A stretch of DNA of 64,000 bases from Candidatus Latescibacterota bacterium (GTDB taxonomy: Bacteria; Latescibacterota; UBA2968; UBA8231), in NCBI GenBank assembly GCA_963422735.1, contig OY730476.1:4192001-4256000 (forward strand). Reading direction: 5' to 3'. Under the pieces are notes generated by a model. That model was not told the origin of the DNA. It worked only from the letters and a program-made list of their open reading frames with translations, and made no database searches. Made by a program: the position numbers and the translations under genes. Below, piece after piece: positions 38,646 through 52,721 of the stretch; positions within the stretch are counted from its first letter, which is position 1, and the number at the start of each line of letters is the position of its first letter.

Positions 38646-38746
38646 GTTAAACATGCGTAGAGGGCCCGGCGTCAGTCCGCACGCATGCTTACAAACCAAT
38701 ATCGCAGCCGATCTATCTTTATGGTACTAGTGTAAGAGGATTTAGT

Positions 38747-42007
<3,261 letters not shown>

Positions 42008-42021
42008 GCTTGGAAAGCGAC

Positions 42022-43488
42022 ATGACCTTCTGGGAAGTACTCTGTCTGGTGGTGTACGGCATCATCATCGCCGTTTTAGGCGTTTACGGCTTTCACCGCT
42101 ACCAGCTACTGCGCCTGTTCTATCGGCATTACCCAACCCCGGTTCCCCAGCCCGACCGCTTTGCCGAGCTGCCCTCCGTCACGATCCAGCTACCTCTCTA
42201 CAACGAATATCACGTGGTTGAGCGCCTGCTAGAGGCCGTGAGCCGGATCGATTATCCCCGCGACCGTCTGCAAATCCAGATCCTCGACGATTCGCAGGAC
42301 GAGACCCGCGACAAGGCGCGGGAAGGGGCTGCGCGGCTGGCGGCCCAGAAGCTAGATGTCGAGTACATGGGTCGGACCCAGCGCCACGGCTTTAAGGCCG
42401 GGGCGCTGGCGGCTGGGCTAGAGCGTGCCCAAGGCGAATTCGCGCTGGTCCTCGACGCTGATTTCGTGCCCCCTCCCGACATCTTACAACGGGCTATTCA
42501 CTACTTTACCGACGATGCCATCGGCATGGTGCAGATGCGTTGGGGGCACCTCAACCGCTCCTATTCGCTCCTGACGCGCATCCAGTCGATCTTTCTCGAC
42601 GGTCACTTCGTCGTCGAGCACACGGCCCGCAATCGTTCGGGCCGCTTCTTCAACTTCAACGGCACCGCGGGGATCTGGCGCAAAAAGGCCATCTACGACG
42701 CCGGTGGCTGGCAGCACGACACGCTCACCGAAGACCTCGACTTGAGCTACCGCGCTCAATTAGCGGGCTGGCAGTTTCTCTATCTGCCCGAAATTGAAGT
42801 GCCCGGCGAGATACCGGTCGAGATCAATGCCTTCAAGTTGCAACAACATCGCTGGACCAAGGGCGCGGTGCAGACGGCGAAAAAAGTGCTGCCGCGGATC
42901 TGGCGCTCTGCGCTACCAGCCAAGGTCAAGGTCGAGGCCACCTTCCATCTGACGGCCAACCTCTGCTACATTATGATGTTCTTGATGGCCCTGTTGACCG
43001 TTCCGGTGCTTTCTATTCGCTCTCAACTCGGCTGGGAGCGACTCTTTATCATTGACCTGCCGCTGTTTTCTTTTGCCACCATGGCCATTTCCGGCTTCTA
43101 CATTACCTCCCAGCGCGTGCTCTACCCGGATTGGCGGCGGCAGATCAAGTATTTGCCCGTGCTGATGGCCGTTGGTATGAGCCTCTGCATCAACAATACC
43201 CGGGCGGTGATCGAGGGCCTCGTCGGGTACCAAACCGATTTTCTTCGGACCCCCAAATACGGGTTTACCGGACGCCGAGACCAAGGCCAGCGGCGCAAGT
43301 ACCTAAGCCGCTGGCCTTTGCTGTCCTTGGGCGAACTGGGCATGGCTCTCTACTTCGTCGTCGCTCTCTACCACGCCTATGCGACCGGCCTCTACTTGGG
43401 GATGCCCTTCCTGCTGCTCTTCCACGCCGGCTTTCTCTACACCGGCTTGCTCTCTAGCAGCCAGCACTGGTTGCACCGAGTGCTTTAG
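42022..43488 (+). CDS. Glycosyltransferase family 2, cellulose-synthase-like membrane enzyme
   Basis: QLPLYNE, KAGAL, DADF, TEDLDL, QQHRW. Confidence 0.9.
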   Translation: MTFWEVLCLVVYGIIIAVLGVYGFHRYQLLRLFYRHYPTPVPQPDRFAELPSVTIQLPLYNEYHVVERLLEAVSRIDYPRDRLQIQILDDSQDETRDKAREGAARLAAQKLDVEYMGRTQRHGFKAGALAAGLERAQGEFALVLDADFVPPPDILQRAIHYFTDDAIGMVQMRWGHLNRSYSLLTRIQSIFLDGHFVVEHTARNRSGRFFNFNGTAGIWRKKAIYDAGGWQHDTLTEDLDLSYRAQLAGWQFLYLPEIEVPGEIPVEINAFKLQQHRWTKGAVQTAKKVLPRIWRSALPAKVKVEATFHLTANLCYIMMFLMALLTVPVLSIRSQLGWERLFIIDLPLFSFATMAISGFYITSQRVLYPDWRRQIKYLPVLMAVGMSLCINNTRAVIEGLVGYQTDFLRTPKYGFTGRRDQGQRRKYLSRWPLLSLGELGMALYFVVALYHAYATGLYLGMPFLLLFHAGFLYTGLLSSSQHWLHRVL

Positions 43489-43491
43489 AAC

Positions 43492-43530
43492 GCCAAAAAG
43501 CCCCCGGCCGCTCGGGCCGGGGGCTTGGCT
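43492..43530. terminator. Hairpin terminator between convergent genes
   Basis: aagcccccggcc-gctcg-ggccgggggctt preceded by an A run. Confidence 0.7.
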
Positions 43531-43552
43531 CGCTTGAATCTCGTCTGGATTA

Positions 43553-44023
43553 CTAGGGCCACTCCAGCGGAAAATCCGGCAATTTATGGCGAGACCACAA
43601 GACGTTCATGCCATTGTGGTGCCGCTTGGTGAATTTCTCGATGTGGCGCACACCGATGTCCACGTTGCTCTTTTCGCGCCGCATTTCGCGCCCCTTGTCT
43701 CCTGACAACTCAATAGCCTGTGCAACCTTGTCGACATAGAGGTTGTGGGTCACGCGCAGTTCGCGGTATGTGAGGTCTCGGGGAAAGGCCTGCAGTTGCG
43801 CCACATAGTCGTTGATGAGCTGACGCGCCTTGGCTAGATCCTCCTTGGAGATCTCGCTGATCGGCTTTCTCAGATGCTCAATAGTATCGACAATCTGTCG
43901 GTTTTTGTCGTCCAGCTCCTTCAACTTCATCACATACTCGACGAGCATTTGCTTGTCTTCCTCCTCGGTCCCACACCCGACTAGGCCAAGCGCCAGCACC
44001 AACACAGCCAGTTTCCTCGACAT
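43553..44023 (-). CDS. Putative lipoprotein (helical)
   Basis: MSRKLAVLVLALGLVGC lipobox; RBS ggagg. Confidence 0.75.
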   Translation of the reverse strand: MSRKLAVLVLALGLVGCGTEEEDKQMLVEYVMKLKELDDKNRQIVDTIEHLRKPISEISKEDLAKARQLINDYVAQLQAFPRDLTYRELRVTHNLYVDKVAQAIELSGDKGREMRREKSNVDIGVRHIEKFTKRHHNGMNVLWSRHKLPDFPLEWP

Positions 44024-44190
44024 ATAGACCTCCCTTATAGGGGTAAGATTGTCTGTTTCGTCGGCCTCAAAATACACCGCAGAGAGACGAAAATCAAGCA
44101 CTCTCTACGCCGAACCTATTGACGGGGCTTATGTGCGCTCATAATATCAATTTTTCGCATCTTACGCTCTTACTTGAGGACATCTATTCC

Positions 44191-45159
44191 ATGGTAACTC
44201 GCGAACAGATCCAATCCCAGCTCGACAACTGCCTGCTAGAGGCCAAATTCCCCCAGTGGGAGTCGCGCTATAAGCGCGGCAAGGTGCGCGATATGTACTT
44301 GCTCGAAAACCATCGCGTGCTGATCACTACGGATCGTCAGAGCGCGTTTGACCACGTGCTCGGCACCATTCCCCTCAAGGGCCAAGTACTCAACCGCATC
44401 GCCCAGTACTGGTTTGAGCAGACCCAAGACATCGCCCCCAATCAAGTCATCTCGGTGCCCGACGCCAATGTCACCGTCGCCCGAGAGCTGGGCATACTGC
44501 CCATCGAGGTAGTGGTGCGCAAGTATCTGACCGGTAGTTCAGACACCGCCATCTGGACCCATTACAACAGAGGTGTGCGCCACTATTGCGGCCACACGTT
44601 GCCCGACGGCATGGTCAAAAACCAGCCCTTCAACGAGGCGATCATTACGCCGACGACCAAGGACGAAGTCCACGACGAGCTGATTTCGTGCAACGAGATC
44701 ATCGCCCAAGGCCTGGTGCCAGAAGACATCTGGACCCAAGTCGAAGAGATCGCCCTCGCGCTCTTTGCTCGCGGCGAGGAGTTAGCGGCCAAGCAAGGAT
44801 TAATCCTAGTGGATACCAAATATGAGATGGGGCTAGACGCGGACGGGCGCATCACACTCGCCGACGAGATCCACACGCCCGACTCGTCGCGTTTCTGGAT
44901 CAGAGATACCTACGCGGAACGCCATGCTCGCGGCGCAGAGCCCGAAAGCCTCGACAAGGAATTTTTGCGCCTTTGGCTCCGCGACAAGGGCATTTCCGAC
45001 GACAATGTCCCCGCACTTGACGACGAAATTCGCATCCAAGTTGCCGAGCGCTATATCGACCTTTTCCAACGGGTTACAGGTACTGGCTTCGAAGCCGAAC
45101 TCGGCGCAACGCCCGTCTTGCAGCGCATCGAGGAGCGGATTTCGGAGTACCTCGACTAA
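44191..45159 (+). CDS. purC: SAICAR synthetase
   Basis: GKVRD, TDRQSAFD, TPTTK, DTKYE, DEIHTPDSSR. Confidence 0.96.
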   Translation: MVTREQIQSQLDNCLLEAKFPQWESRYKRGKVRDMYLLENHRVLITTDRQSAFDHVLGTIPLKGQVLNRIAQYWFEQTQDIAPNQVISVPDANVTVARELGILPIEVVVRKYLTGSSDTAIWTHYNRGVRHYCGHTLPDGMVKNQPFNEAIITPTTKDEVHDELISCNEIIAQGLVPEDIWTQVEEIALALFARGEELAAKQGLILVDTKYEMGLDADGRITLADEIHTPDSSRFWIRDTYAERHARGAEPESLDKEFLRLWLRDKGISDDNVPALDDEIRIQVAERYIDLFQRVTGTGFEAELGATPVLQRIEERISEYLD

Positions 45160-45417
45160 GGTGCGGAATTTGCGCTGGTGATCTTTAGGAGTTTCGCCCC
45201 TCTTCCGGGAATGAAGCAACGATTAGAGAGTTATGGTCAAAAACTTGCTCCGCGCCTTTTTGGTCTTTCGCCTAGAGTTTCACCAGCCCCCCCTCAATTT
45301 AGAGGCCATGTTGAGCTATTGGCGGCGCGCGCCCATCGTCCAGTACGTGGTTGAAAACGACGGCGAACAGCGCAGCATTGTGCTTAAGCGCAGGCTCGAC
45401 GAGGTCTATCCCTTCTA

Positions 45418-45696
45418 ATGCTGCATCGCCAGCTCAGGAACGCCTTGGAGGAAATTTTCGGCGCATCCTTTGTCGCCGAAGCGCTTGCCAACGCGCCCAT
45501 TGCCCAAGTTGTCCTCTACGAGCGGCGCGAGGAGTTCAAAAAGGCCATCCTCGGCTTCCAGCGGATCAATTTTCGCGACGAACACACCGCTTATGCCGCG
45601 GCCTTGGAGCGCGAGTTGGGCATCGCCTTGATCTGCGCCCTCCTCGACAACGACACGCGTACGCTGGTTTCCGACCTCGGTCTCAACTACCTATGA
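45418..45696 (+). CDS. Hypothetical protein (92 aa)
   Basis: Host-like codon usage; stop overlaps the rhamnulokinase start. Confidence 0.55.
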   Translation: MLHRQLRNALEEIFGASFVAEALANAPIAQVVLYERREEFKKAILGFQRINFRDEHTAYAAALERELGIALICALLDNDTRTLVSDLGLNYL

Positions 45697-47156
45697 GCAA
45701 GCTCCTCGCCTTTGACTTAGGGGCCGAGAGTGGCCGCGCGATCATCGGACATTTCGACGGCGAGCGTCTAACACTAGAAAAGCTGCACCGCTTTGCAAAC
45801 GGTCCGGTCCCAGTCTTCGACCGTCTCTACTGGGACCCTTTGCGCCTCTTCGCCGAGATGAAACAGGCCCTCGGCCTGTTTGCCCGCGCACACGGCAAGG
45901 CACTCGATGCGATTGGCGTCGATACCTGGGGAGTCGATTTCGCCCTCCTCGGGCCTGGGGACGTACTCTTAGACAATCCGCGCAACTACCGCGATCCGCG
46001 CACTGACGGCATGTTAGAGGAAGCCTTTGCACGGGTGCCGCGCGAGGAAATTTTTGCGCGCACCGGCGTACAGTTTTTGAAGCTCAACACCTTGTATCAA
46101 CTGCTTTCGCTACGCGACTCGCCCTTGCTGGAATGGGCGCAGACCTTCCTGATGATGGCCGACCTTTTCAATTTTTATTTTACGGGCACCAAGACCTGCG
46201 AATTTTCCAACGCCACTACCACCCAGTTCTACGACCCGCGCCAAGGCACTTGGTCGGTCGAACTCCTAGAAGGACTAGGGCTGCCGACCCATTTTCTTCC
46301 CCAGATCGTCCAGCCCGGAACCCGCCTAGGCTCGCTCCTGCCTTCTCTTGCTGCTGAAGTAGGGCTCCATTCGGTCCCGGTCATCGCTCCAGCTACCCAT
46401 GATACGGGCGCGGCCGTGGCTGCCGTGCCCGCCGAAGTCCGCGACTACGCCTATATCAGCTCGGGAACTTGGTCGCTGATGGGCGTTGAGCTAGACCAAC
46501 CGCTCATCAGCGATCAGGCATTCCAGTACAATTTCACCAACGAAGGGGGCGTCGGGCCGACCTACCGCTTCCTCAAAAACATCATGGGGCTGTGGCTGAT
46601 ACAGGAATGCCGGCGCGCTTGGCAGCGCGAGGGACGCACCTTTTCCTACGACGAACTGACGGCCATGGCCCAAAGCGCGGCACCCTTTACCGCTTTCGTC
46701 GAGCCGGACGCCGAGTGCTTTCTCGCGCCGGGCGACATGCCCGCCAGAATCCGCGCCTATTGCCAAGAGACGGGCCAAGCCATTCCAACCGACGAGAGTC
46801 ATGTCGTGCGCGTGGCCCTCGAAAGTCTAGCCTTTAAGTACCGCTACGTGCTCGACGCGCTAGAGACCATTCTCGATCGCCGCCTCGAATGCATCCACAT
46901 AGTCGGCGGCGGGATCCAAAACCTCCTGCTCTGCCAGTTTACCGCCTCGGCTACCGGTCGTCCGGTCATCGCCGGGCCACTCGAAGCTACGGCCATCGGC
47001 AATTTAATGCTCCAGCTTGTCGGCCTAGGCCAGATGTCCTCGTTGGCCGAAATCCGCCAAGTCGTGCGCCACTCCTTCGCGCCCGTTATGTACGAGCCGG
47101 AACAAGCCGCCGCTTGGGACGCGGCCTACGACCGCTTCCGCCCGCTGCTCCCCTAG
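45693..47156 (+). CDS. rhaB: Rhamnulokinase (FGGY family sugar kinase)
   Basis: AFDLGAESGR, DTWGVD, HDT, SSGTWSL, TNEGG, KNIMGLW. Confidence 0.85.
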   Translation: MSKLLAFDLGAESGRAIIGHFDGERLTLEKLHRFANGPVPVFDRLYWDPLRLFAEMKQALGLFARAHGKALDAIGVDTWGVDFALLGPGDVLLDNPRNYRDPRTDGMLEEAFARVPREEIFARTGVQFLKLNTLYQLLSLRDSPLLEWAQTFLMMADLFNFYFTGTKTCEFSNATTTQFYDPRQGTWSVELLEGLGLPTHFLPQIVQPGTRLGSLLPSLAAEVGLHSVPVIAPATHDTGAAVAAVPAEVRDYAYISSGTWSLMGVELDQPLISDQAFQYNFTNEGGVGPTYRFLKNIMGLWLIQECRRAWQREGRTFSYDELTAMAQSAAPFTAFVEPDAECFLAPGDMPARIRAYCQETGQAIPTDESHVVRVALESLAFKYRYVLDALETILDRRLECIHIVGGGIQNLLLCQFTASATGRPVIAGPLEATAIGNLMLQLVGLGQMSSLAEIRQVVRHSFAPVMYEPEQAAAWDAAYDRFRPLLP

Positions 47157-47242
47157 CCTAATCCCGGGCTGGAACCGCACGCTCCCTCCGCCGTTCTACT
47201 TTAAGAACCTGTATTTCCATTTTTTGATCGTTTGGGCTACTT

Positions 47243-48091
47243 ATGGGAAAAAGCAGCCTCGATTCGCTAGGTCTGGCCGAGTCCTATTGGCGCGACATTC
47301 AGCACTTTCAGCCGCTGAGCCGCCAACGAGAGATCGAACTGGTGCATAGAGCGCACGCTGGAGACGAGCGCGCCATGCACCAGATGGTCGAAGCCAACTT
47401 GCGCTTTGTCGTCCGCATCGCGAGGGGATACCACGGGCGTGGGCTTTCCTTTATGGAGCTGATTTCCGAGGGCAACCTCGGGCTGCTCGAAGCCGTCCAG
47501 CGCTTCGACGAGACCCGCGGCTTTAAGTTCATCACCTATGCGGTGTGGTGGATTCGCCAAGCCATCCTCCGAGCCTTAGCCGAACACAGCAAAATTGCCC
47601 GCCCGCCGCTGAGCCGGGTCAATGATCTGCAAAAGGTTGAGCGGTGGACGGGTATTCTAGCCCAAAGACTAGGGCGCAATCCTACCCCCGAGGAAATCGC
47701 TAACAGTGCCGAATTATCGCTGGAGAGGACGCACAATGCCCTTTACATGGCCCAGCCCGATGTTTCTATGGACGTGCCGACCGTGCCCGATGAAAGGGCG
47801 CCGCTGATGGCCACCTTCGCGGCTTGCACTCCCGATCCGGCCGATTGCTATGAGCGCGCCGCGCTTTCTCATACTTTGCATGCGTGCCTCGACTTGCTCG
47901 ACCGACGCGAGCGCCTAGTCGTCCGCGCCTACTTCGGCCTCGACGACCAAGATCCCCAGACTCTGGAACAAATCGGTGTGCAATTGGGCCTCACGCGCGA
48001 GCGAGTGCGCCAGCTCAGGGACGAGGCCCTCGATAAAATGCGAATTCACGCTGGCGATCTACTACTCGAGCTTTCCAACAATTCCGTGTAA
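47243..48091 (+). CDS. Sigma-70 factor, RpoD/RpoS-like group without region 1.1
   Basis: ANLRFVV, EGNLGL, KFITYAVWWIRQ, TLEQIG..LGLTRERVRQ. Confidence 0.92.
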   Translation: MGKSSLDSLGLAESYWRDIQHFQPLSRQREIELVHRAHAGDERAMHQMVEANLRFVVRIARGYHGRGLSFMELISEGNLGLLEAVQRFDETRGFKFITYAVWWIRQAILRALAEHSKIARPPLSRVNDLQKVERWTGILAQRLGRNPTPEEIANSAELSLERTHNALYMAQPDVSMDVPTVPDERAPLMATFAACTPDPADCYERAALSHTLHACLDLLDRRERLVVRAYFGLDDQDPQTLEQIGVQLGLTRERVRQLRDEALDKMRIHAGDLLLELSNNSV

Positions 48092-48179
48092 CAAGACGAC
48101 CCGCTCTCGCAGTACGAGACGGATCGCGATACGCGACAAAGGGCTTGATTGAGCGCGGCAAAAGGCTTTCTTTCATCTC

Positions 48180-48397
48180 AGAAGCTGTCTGTTTCACCGC
48201 GCCTTTAGGCAGGACCGGCGAGGTGAAGTGCGCGGTGGCCGGCGGTGGGCGAACCCACCCCTATTTCCGTTGATAGAGGAGGCTTCGCCGGCTGGGTGCG
48301 CCCCGTTGGCACCGCCTGAAGTCGGCGTATAGGTGCTCGCGCTCGGGGCACCCCCGCTTCTTTTCTTATTACTAACAGGACTTTACAACAGCCTTCT
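48180..48397. mobile_element. MITE-like element (longest copy of the 6307/19909 family)
   Basis: Ends agaagctgt...acagccttct; contains the reverse complement of the 6330-6373 segment. Confidence 0.55.
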
Positions 48398-48417
48398 CGC
48401 AGGATAAAAAGACCCTT

Positions 48418-49245
48418 ATGTCTTACAACTTAGCCGATCTCCACACGCATTCCCTGTGCTCTGACGGGTTGCGGACCCCGACCGAAGCGGTCCGAGAAGC
48501 CTGCGAAGCGGGCTTGCAAGCGATGAGTTTGACCGATCACGACACAGTCAAGGGCGTCCCCGAGGCGACTGCGGCCGGCGATCGTATGCATATGGAAGTG
48601 GTGCCCGGTACCGAATTGAGCGCCCACATCCGGGACCGCGAAGTACACATTCTCGCCTACTGCATCGACTACCAAGACGACCAACTCGGTACGACCCTCG
48701 TCAAGTCTTTTCAAGCCCGCTACCAGCGGGGGATTGCCATCGTCAAAGCGCTCAACGCCATGGGGCTGACCGTTAGCCTCGACGACGTGCTCTCCCAAGC
48801 CAACGGCAGCCCCCTCGGGCGGCCGCACATCGCTGCGGCCATGGTGCAAAACGGCCTAGTGGCCGACAAGGACGAAGCCTTCATCCGCTACATAGGCGAC
48901 CACGGGCCAGCCTTTCAGCCTAAGCCCTACGCCGCGGCCCAAGACCTCATCGCCCTCATCCATCGCACGGGGGGCGTGGCCGTGCTCGCCCACCCCAGCA
49001 TCAGTCTCCCCGAGTCCATCATCGAGCAGTTAGTCGCCTACGGGCTCGACGGCATTGAGGTCTTCCATCCATCCCACCAGCCGACGCAAATGGAATTCTA
49101 CGACCAACTCGCCGACCGCTATGGCCTGATCAAGTCGGGAGGATCCGACAGCCACGGCGATAGTCACGGCACCCGCATCGGCGACTACGGAGTCGGCTAC
49201 GAAGTGATCGAGGCCATGCGCGAGCGGGCCGCTACCTATGCTTGA
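48418..49245 (+). CDS. PHP domain phosphoesterase
   Basis: DLHTHS..SDG, TDHD, HILAY, GRPH, AHP, GGSDSHG. Confidence 0.92.
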   Translation: MSYNLADLHTHSLCSDGLRTPTEAVREACEAGLQAMSLTDHDTVKGVPEATAAGDRMHMEVVPGTELSAHIRDREVHILAYCIDYQDDQLGTTLVKSFQARYQRGIAIVKALNAMGLTVSLDDVLSQANGSPLGRPHIAAAMVQNGLVADKDEAFIRYIGDHGPAFQPKPYAAAQDLIALIHRTGGVAVLAHPSISLPESIIEQLVAYGLDGIEVFHPSHQPTQMEFYDQLADRYGLIKSGGSDSHGDSHGTRIGDYGVGYEVIEAMRERAATYA

Positions 49246-49284
49246 GTGGCCCAATCGCTGGTCCGCAGTGAAAGTGCTCGCTTG

Positions 49285-50949
49285 ATGACCTATTTCTTTT
49301 TTCGGCAAGCCGTCCTCTTTTCTTTATCGCTGCTAGTCCTCGCGCTGCATCTATCGCCCGGCCATGCACTCCGGCCTCAGCGCTTCCACCAAGCATCCGA
49401 GCCTATTCGCGGGCTCTTCGGCACTTCAATAGGCGACATCGTCTGGAGCGGGCGCTATCTATGGGTCGGCACCGAGAGTGGGGTGGCGCGGCTCGATCCG
49501 GCGCAAAGCACCGGTCTCAACTCTACGGACTGGGTCACCTTTACCGAACTCAACGGCCTCGGCCGTGGCGCGGTCAGCGCCCTCGACGCGGTCGGAGATA
49601 CCGTGTGGGTAGCGACCTTGGTCGATTCGGTCACCGCCGGACAGGGCGTGAACCAAGCAAGCACTGGATTGAGTCTTTCCCACGACGGCGGCGACTCCTG
49701 GCACCACATTCCCAACGAATTCATTTTCGACCCCACCAAGGCCGGCTTTGAGCGCGGCCCCGGCACGACCATCCTCAATGCTTGTTTTGATATCTCCATC
49801 GACGGGGAGGCCGTGTACGCTGCCTTCTTCGCTGGCTCTACCGTGCGTTCGCTCGACCAAGGCCACACGTGGGAACCCTTCTTGCCCGGCGGTGCAGACG
49901 AAATCGTCTTTTTCGCCAGCGAAACGGCTGCCGACAGCTTGCAAATTGTGGCCGACAGTCTCGCACGTGAAAACGCCGATCCGGGCAACATCGCCCAGTT
50001 GCGCGCTGCCGCCGACAGCTTGGCTAGCCAGGCATTCCTGCACCGCACTTTTGCGGTTATAGCTTACGAGGATACGGTGTGGATCGGCACTTCGAGTGGG
50101 ATCGCCTTCACCTTTGATGGAGGCCAGCATTGGCAAAACGCCAAAGTGCGCCTCGGCGAAGAGGGCACTCCCCTCCGAGGCCACCCGGCCGGCAACTGGG
50201 TCGTTGCACTCAAACGCCAAGTACTGCCAGATGGTACTACTGCCATTTGGGCGGGAACCAGTACCACCACATCGCCCGGCCAAACCCAAGCCATCAGCGT
50301 CAGCCGCGATCTCGGCCAGACTTGGGGCCACACTGGGCCAACTTTTGCCTGGGACTTTGCTTTTACTCCCAATTTTGCTTGGGCCGGCACCGACCAAGGG
50401 CTGCTAGCCAGCCCAGACCCAACCCTGCCGATCGACTCAGAACGCATCTGGGACGCCATAAAAGTCGTTGATGGACAGCCCCTGACCGGCACCTTCGTCG
50501 GGCTTTCAAGGGTGGGCGATGTGTTCTGGGCGGGGGCCGAGCATGGCCTCGGGCGCTCCGAGGACGAGGGGAGCACTTGGCGCGTCATCCGCGACCTGAT
50601 CCGCACGCGCACGCTCGACAAAGGTACTTTCGTCAGCGCCGGAGGCGTACCCGACAGCACGGCCCTCGCGTACTCAGCACCCAATCCTTTCGCTCCCTCG
50701 CGCGAGACGACGACCATCGTCTTTAGCCTGTCACGCGATGCAGAGGTCTCTGTTGCGATCTACGACTTTGCTAGCAGCCTAGTCCGCAACCTCGCGGCGG
50801 ACGCGCCTTTTGCCGGCGGCGTCGATCACCGCATCCTTTGGGATGGCCTCGACCAAGACGGCCAATTGGTAGCCAATGGCACGTACTTTTACCGCATTGC
50901 CCTAAACACCGGTCAACAGGCCTTTGGCAGAGTAGTGGTGCTCGATTGA
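49285..50949 (+). CDS. Secreted BNR/beta-propeller protein with C-terminal FlgD-Ig sorting domain
   Basis: S.DGG..W Asp-boxes; PNPF...IYD...LVR...WDG.DQDG..VANGTYFYRI. Confidence 0.82.
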   Translation: MTYFFFRQAVLFSLSLLVLALHLSPGHALRPQRFHQASEPIRGLFGTSIGDIVWSGRYLWVGTESGVARLDPAQSTGLNSTDWVTFTELNGLGRGAVSALDAVGDTVWVATLVDSVTAGQGVNQASTGLSLSHDGGDSWHHIPNEFIFDPTKAGFERGPGTTILNACFDISIDGEAVYAAFFAGSTVRSLDQGHTWEPFLPGGADEIVFFASETAADSLQIVADSLARENADPGNIAQLRAAADSLASQAFLHRTFAVIAYEDTVWIGTSSGIAFTFDGGQHWQNAKVRLGEEGTPLRGHPAGNWVVALKRQVLPDGTTAIWAGTSTTTSPGQTQAISVSRDLGQTWGHTGPTFAWDFAFTPNFAWAGTDQGLLASPDPTLPIDSERIWDAIKVVDGQPLTGTFVGLSRVGDVFWAGAEHGLGRSEDEGSTWRVIRDLIRTRTLDKGTFVSAGGVPDSTALAYSAPNPFAPSRETTTIVFSLSRDAEVSVAIYDFASSLVRNLAADAPFAGGVDHRILWDGLDQDGQLVANGTYFYRIALNTGQQAFGRVVVLD

Positions 50950-51860
50950 AAACGCTCTTCGCGCTATTACTCGCTGCCTCCACTGCGCACGGAGCCGATT
51001 TTGCCGCCGCCTTTCTCAAAGCGGGGCTGGGCACCCGCGGCCTAGGCCTGGGAGCCTTTGTCGCCGCGGCCGACGATGCGTCGTCCTCCTACTGGAATCC
51101 GGCCGGCCTCGCCCGCCTGCGCGGCAAGTCCATAGAAACCTCCATGCAGTCGCTATCGCTGGGGCGGCGGCAAAGCAGTGCCGCTATCGCGCTCAACGTT
51201 CGCGGTGACATGGGCTTTGGCTTTGCTTGGTCGCATGCCACAGTAGGTGGGATCAAGGGCCGCACGGCTAGTGGCCAGTACACTGGGCCAATCGAGGACC
51301 GAGCCAATGCTTTTATCTTTGGAATAGGTCGCTCCTTTGGGCCGCGCCTTGCAGTTGGTTTAGCCGTTAAAGTTCTCAAACAGAGCATCGATGTTCACTC
51401 AGTTCCCAAGGCCACCGCCACCGGCAACGGCTTCGACTTGGGGGTGCAGTTCCGCGCGGCCGAGCATACTTGGCTCGGGGCCGGCGTATCCAATCTCGGC
51501 ACCGACCTTGCTTGGAAGGTGCGGCGCGCCGACCAGCAGTCGAGTACCTCCGAGAATTCCCTGCCGCGCACTCTCGTCTTTGGTGCGTCGCAGCGGCTTT
51601 TAGACGCCCTGCTGTTGGCCGCCGAGTTCCGCGCCGACGGGGAACAGAGCGTCAACCTCGGGGTTGAGTGGCCGCTAAATGCGCTGCTCGTAATACGCGG
51701 CGGCCTACACCGCCTCGGCACCGAAGACGGTAGCCAACTCTCGGCCGGACTGACCTTGCACCCGATGCACCGCGAAACCTTGCAGTTTCAATACGCTTAC
51801 TTAACCGATCCCCTTGGCACTGGGGGCCGCACGATTGTGGGTCTGGCGTTGGCGTTCTGA
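50946..51860 (+). CDS. PorV/PorQ-like outer membrane beta-barrel
   Basis: FL..G.G.R..GLG, ADDASSSYWNPAGL, GFDLG, C-terminal F. Confidence 0.78.
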   Translation: MKTLFALLLAASTAHGADFAAAFLKAGLGTRGLGLGAFVAAADDASSSYWNPAGLARLRGKSIETSMQSLSLGRRQSSAAIALNVRGDMGFGFAWSHATVGGIKGRTASGQYTGPIEDRANAFIFGIGRSFGPRLAVGLAVKVLKQSIDVHSVPKATATGNGFDLGVQFRAAEHTWLGAGVSNLGTDLAWKVRRADQQSSTSENSLPRTLVFGASQRLLDALLLAAEFRADGEQSVNLGVEWPLNALLVIRGGLHRLGTEDGSQLSAGLTLHPMHRETLQFQYAYLTDPLGTGGRTIVGLALAF

Positions 51861-51863
51861 TAG

Positions 51864-52721
51864 GTGATGGCTCTTTTATTGATTGCGCTCTTGACTCTGC
51901 CGACGGCACTCGCCGCCGTCGGCCTACCCTCGCTGCTCCAAGGCGGCCAGGCCCGCGCCGCGGGCCTGGCCGGCGCGGAGACTGCCCTGTTCGCCGCTCA
52001 AGCCCTCAACCCGGCAGCCCGACAATCGCGTGGGCGCAGCGTCGCCTTTAACCACCAAGCCTCGATCCAGAATATCCGCCAGAACTACTTGCACCTGACG
52101 CAGGGCCGCGGCCGCGGCACTTGGGGGCTTTCCGCCCAACTGTGGCAGGCCGACGGCCTAGAGCGCCGCACCGGGCCCTCGGCTGAGCCGCTGGGGCACT
52201 TCGGCGTGTACGAGGGCGCGGCTGGCCTAAGCTACGCCCGCCAGATGGAGCGGACGCGCCTCGGCTTGCAGCTAAAATTCATCCGCCAATCCATTTTTAC
52301 CCAAAACGCCAGCGGCCTAGCCGCTGATCTCGGGCTGATGTGCGATGTCTCAGCCAGCTTGCGCTTGGGGGCCACGGTGCGCAACTTGGGCCGCATGAAC
52401 CGCCTCGACCGACGGGAGACGGACCTGCCTTTAGAAGCTCGTTTAGGCACCGCTTATGTAGGCCGCGCAGACATGCTCGTGGCCATCGAAGCGCAAAAGG
52501 CTCGCGGCGGCGACCTCACGCTGCATCTGGGCGGTGAGTACCAGGCCGGCGATCATCTGCGCCTGCGCGCGGGCTACCAGAGCACTGAAAACCGCAGCCT
52601 CTCGGCCGGGCTGGGCCTCGTGGCTAAGCACTGGGTCATCGACTACGCCTATGTGCCTTTTGGATCGGGCTTGGGCGATGCGCACTGGCTCAGTCTCCAA
52701 CTAGAAAGCGCAACCCCTTGA
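51864..52721 (+). CDS. PorV/PorQ-like outer membrane beta-barrel (second)
   Basis: ARAAGLAGA, NPA, AADLG, NLG, LRAGY, IDYAYVPF..LG..H. Confidence 0.78.
   Translation: MMALLLIALLTLPTALAAVGLPSLLQGGQARAAGLAGAETALFAAQALNPAARQSRGRSVAFNHQASIQNIRQNYLHLTQGRGRGTWGLSAQLWQADGLERRTGPSAEPLGHFGVYEGAAGLSYARQMERTRLGLQLKFIRQSIFTQNASGLAADLGLMCDVSASLRLGATVRNLGRMNRLDRRETDLPLEARLGTAYVGRADMLVAIEAQKARGGDLTLHLGGEYQAGDHLRLRAGYQSTENRSLSAGLGLVAKHWVIDYAYVPFGSGLGDAHWLSLQLESATP

Noticed and set aside
49455-50717. Long antisense ORFs opposite the FlgD cargo gene and similar ones elsewhere
   Set aside because: Typical high-GC shadow ORFs with no motifs, overlapping well-supported genes
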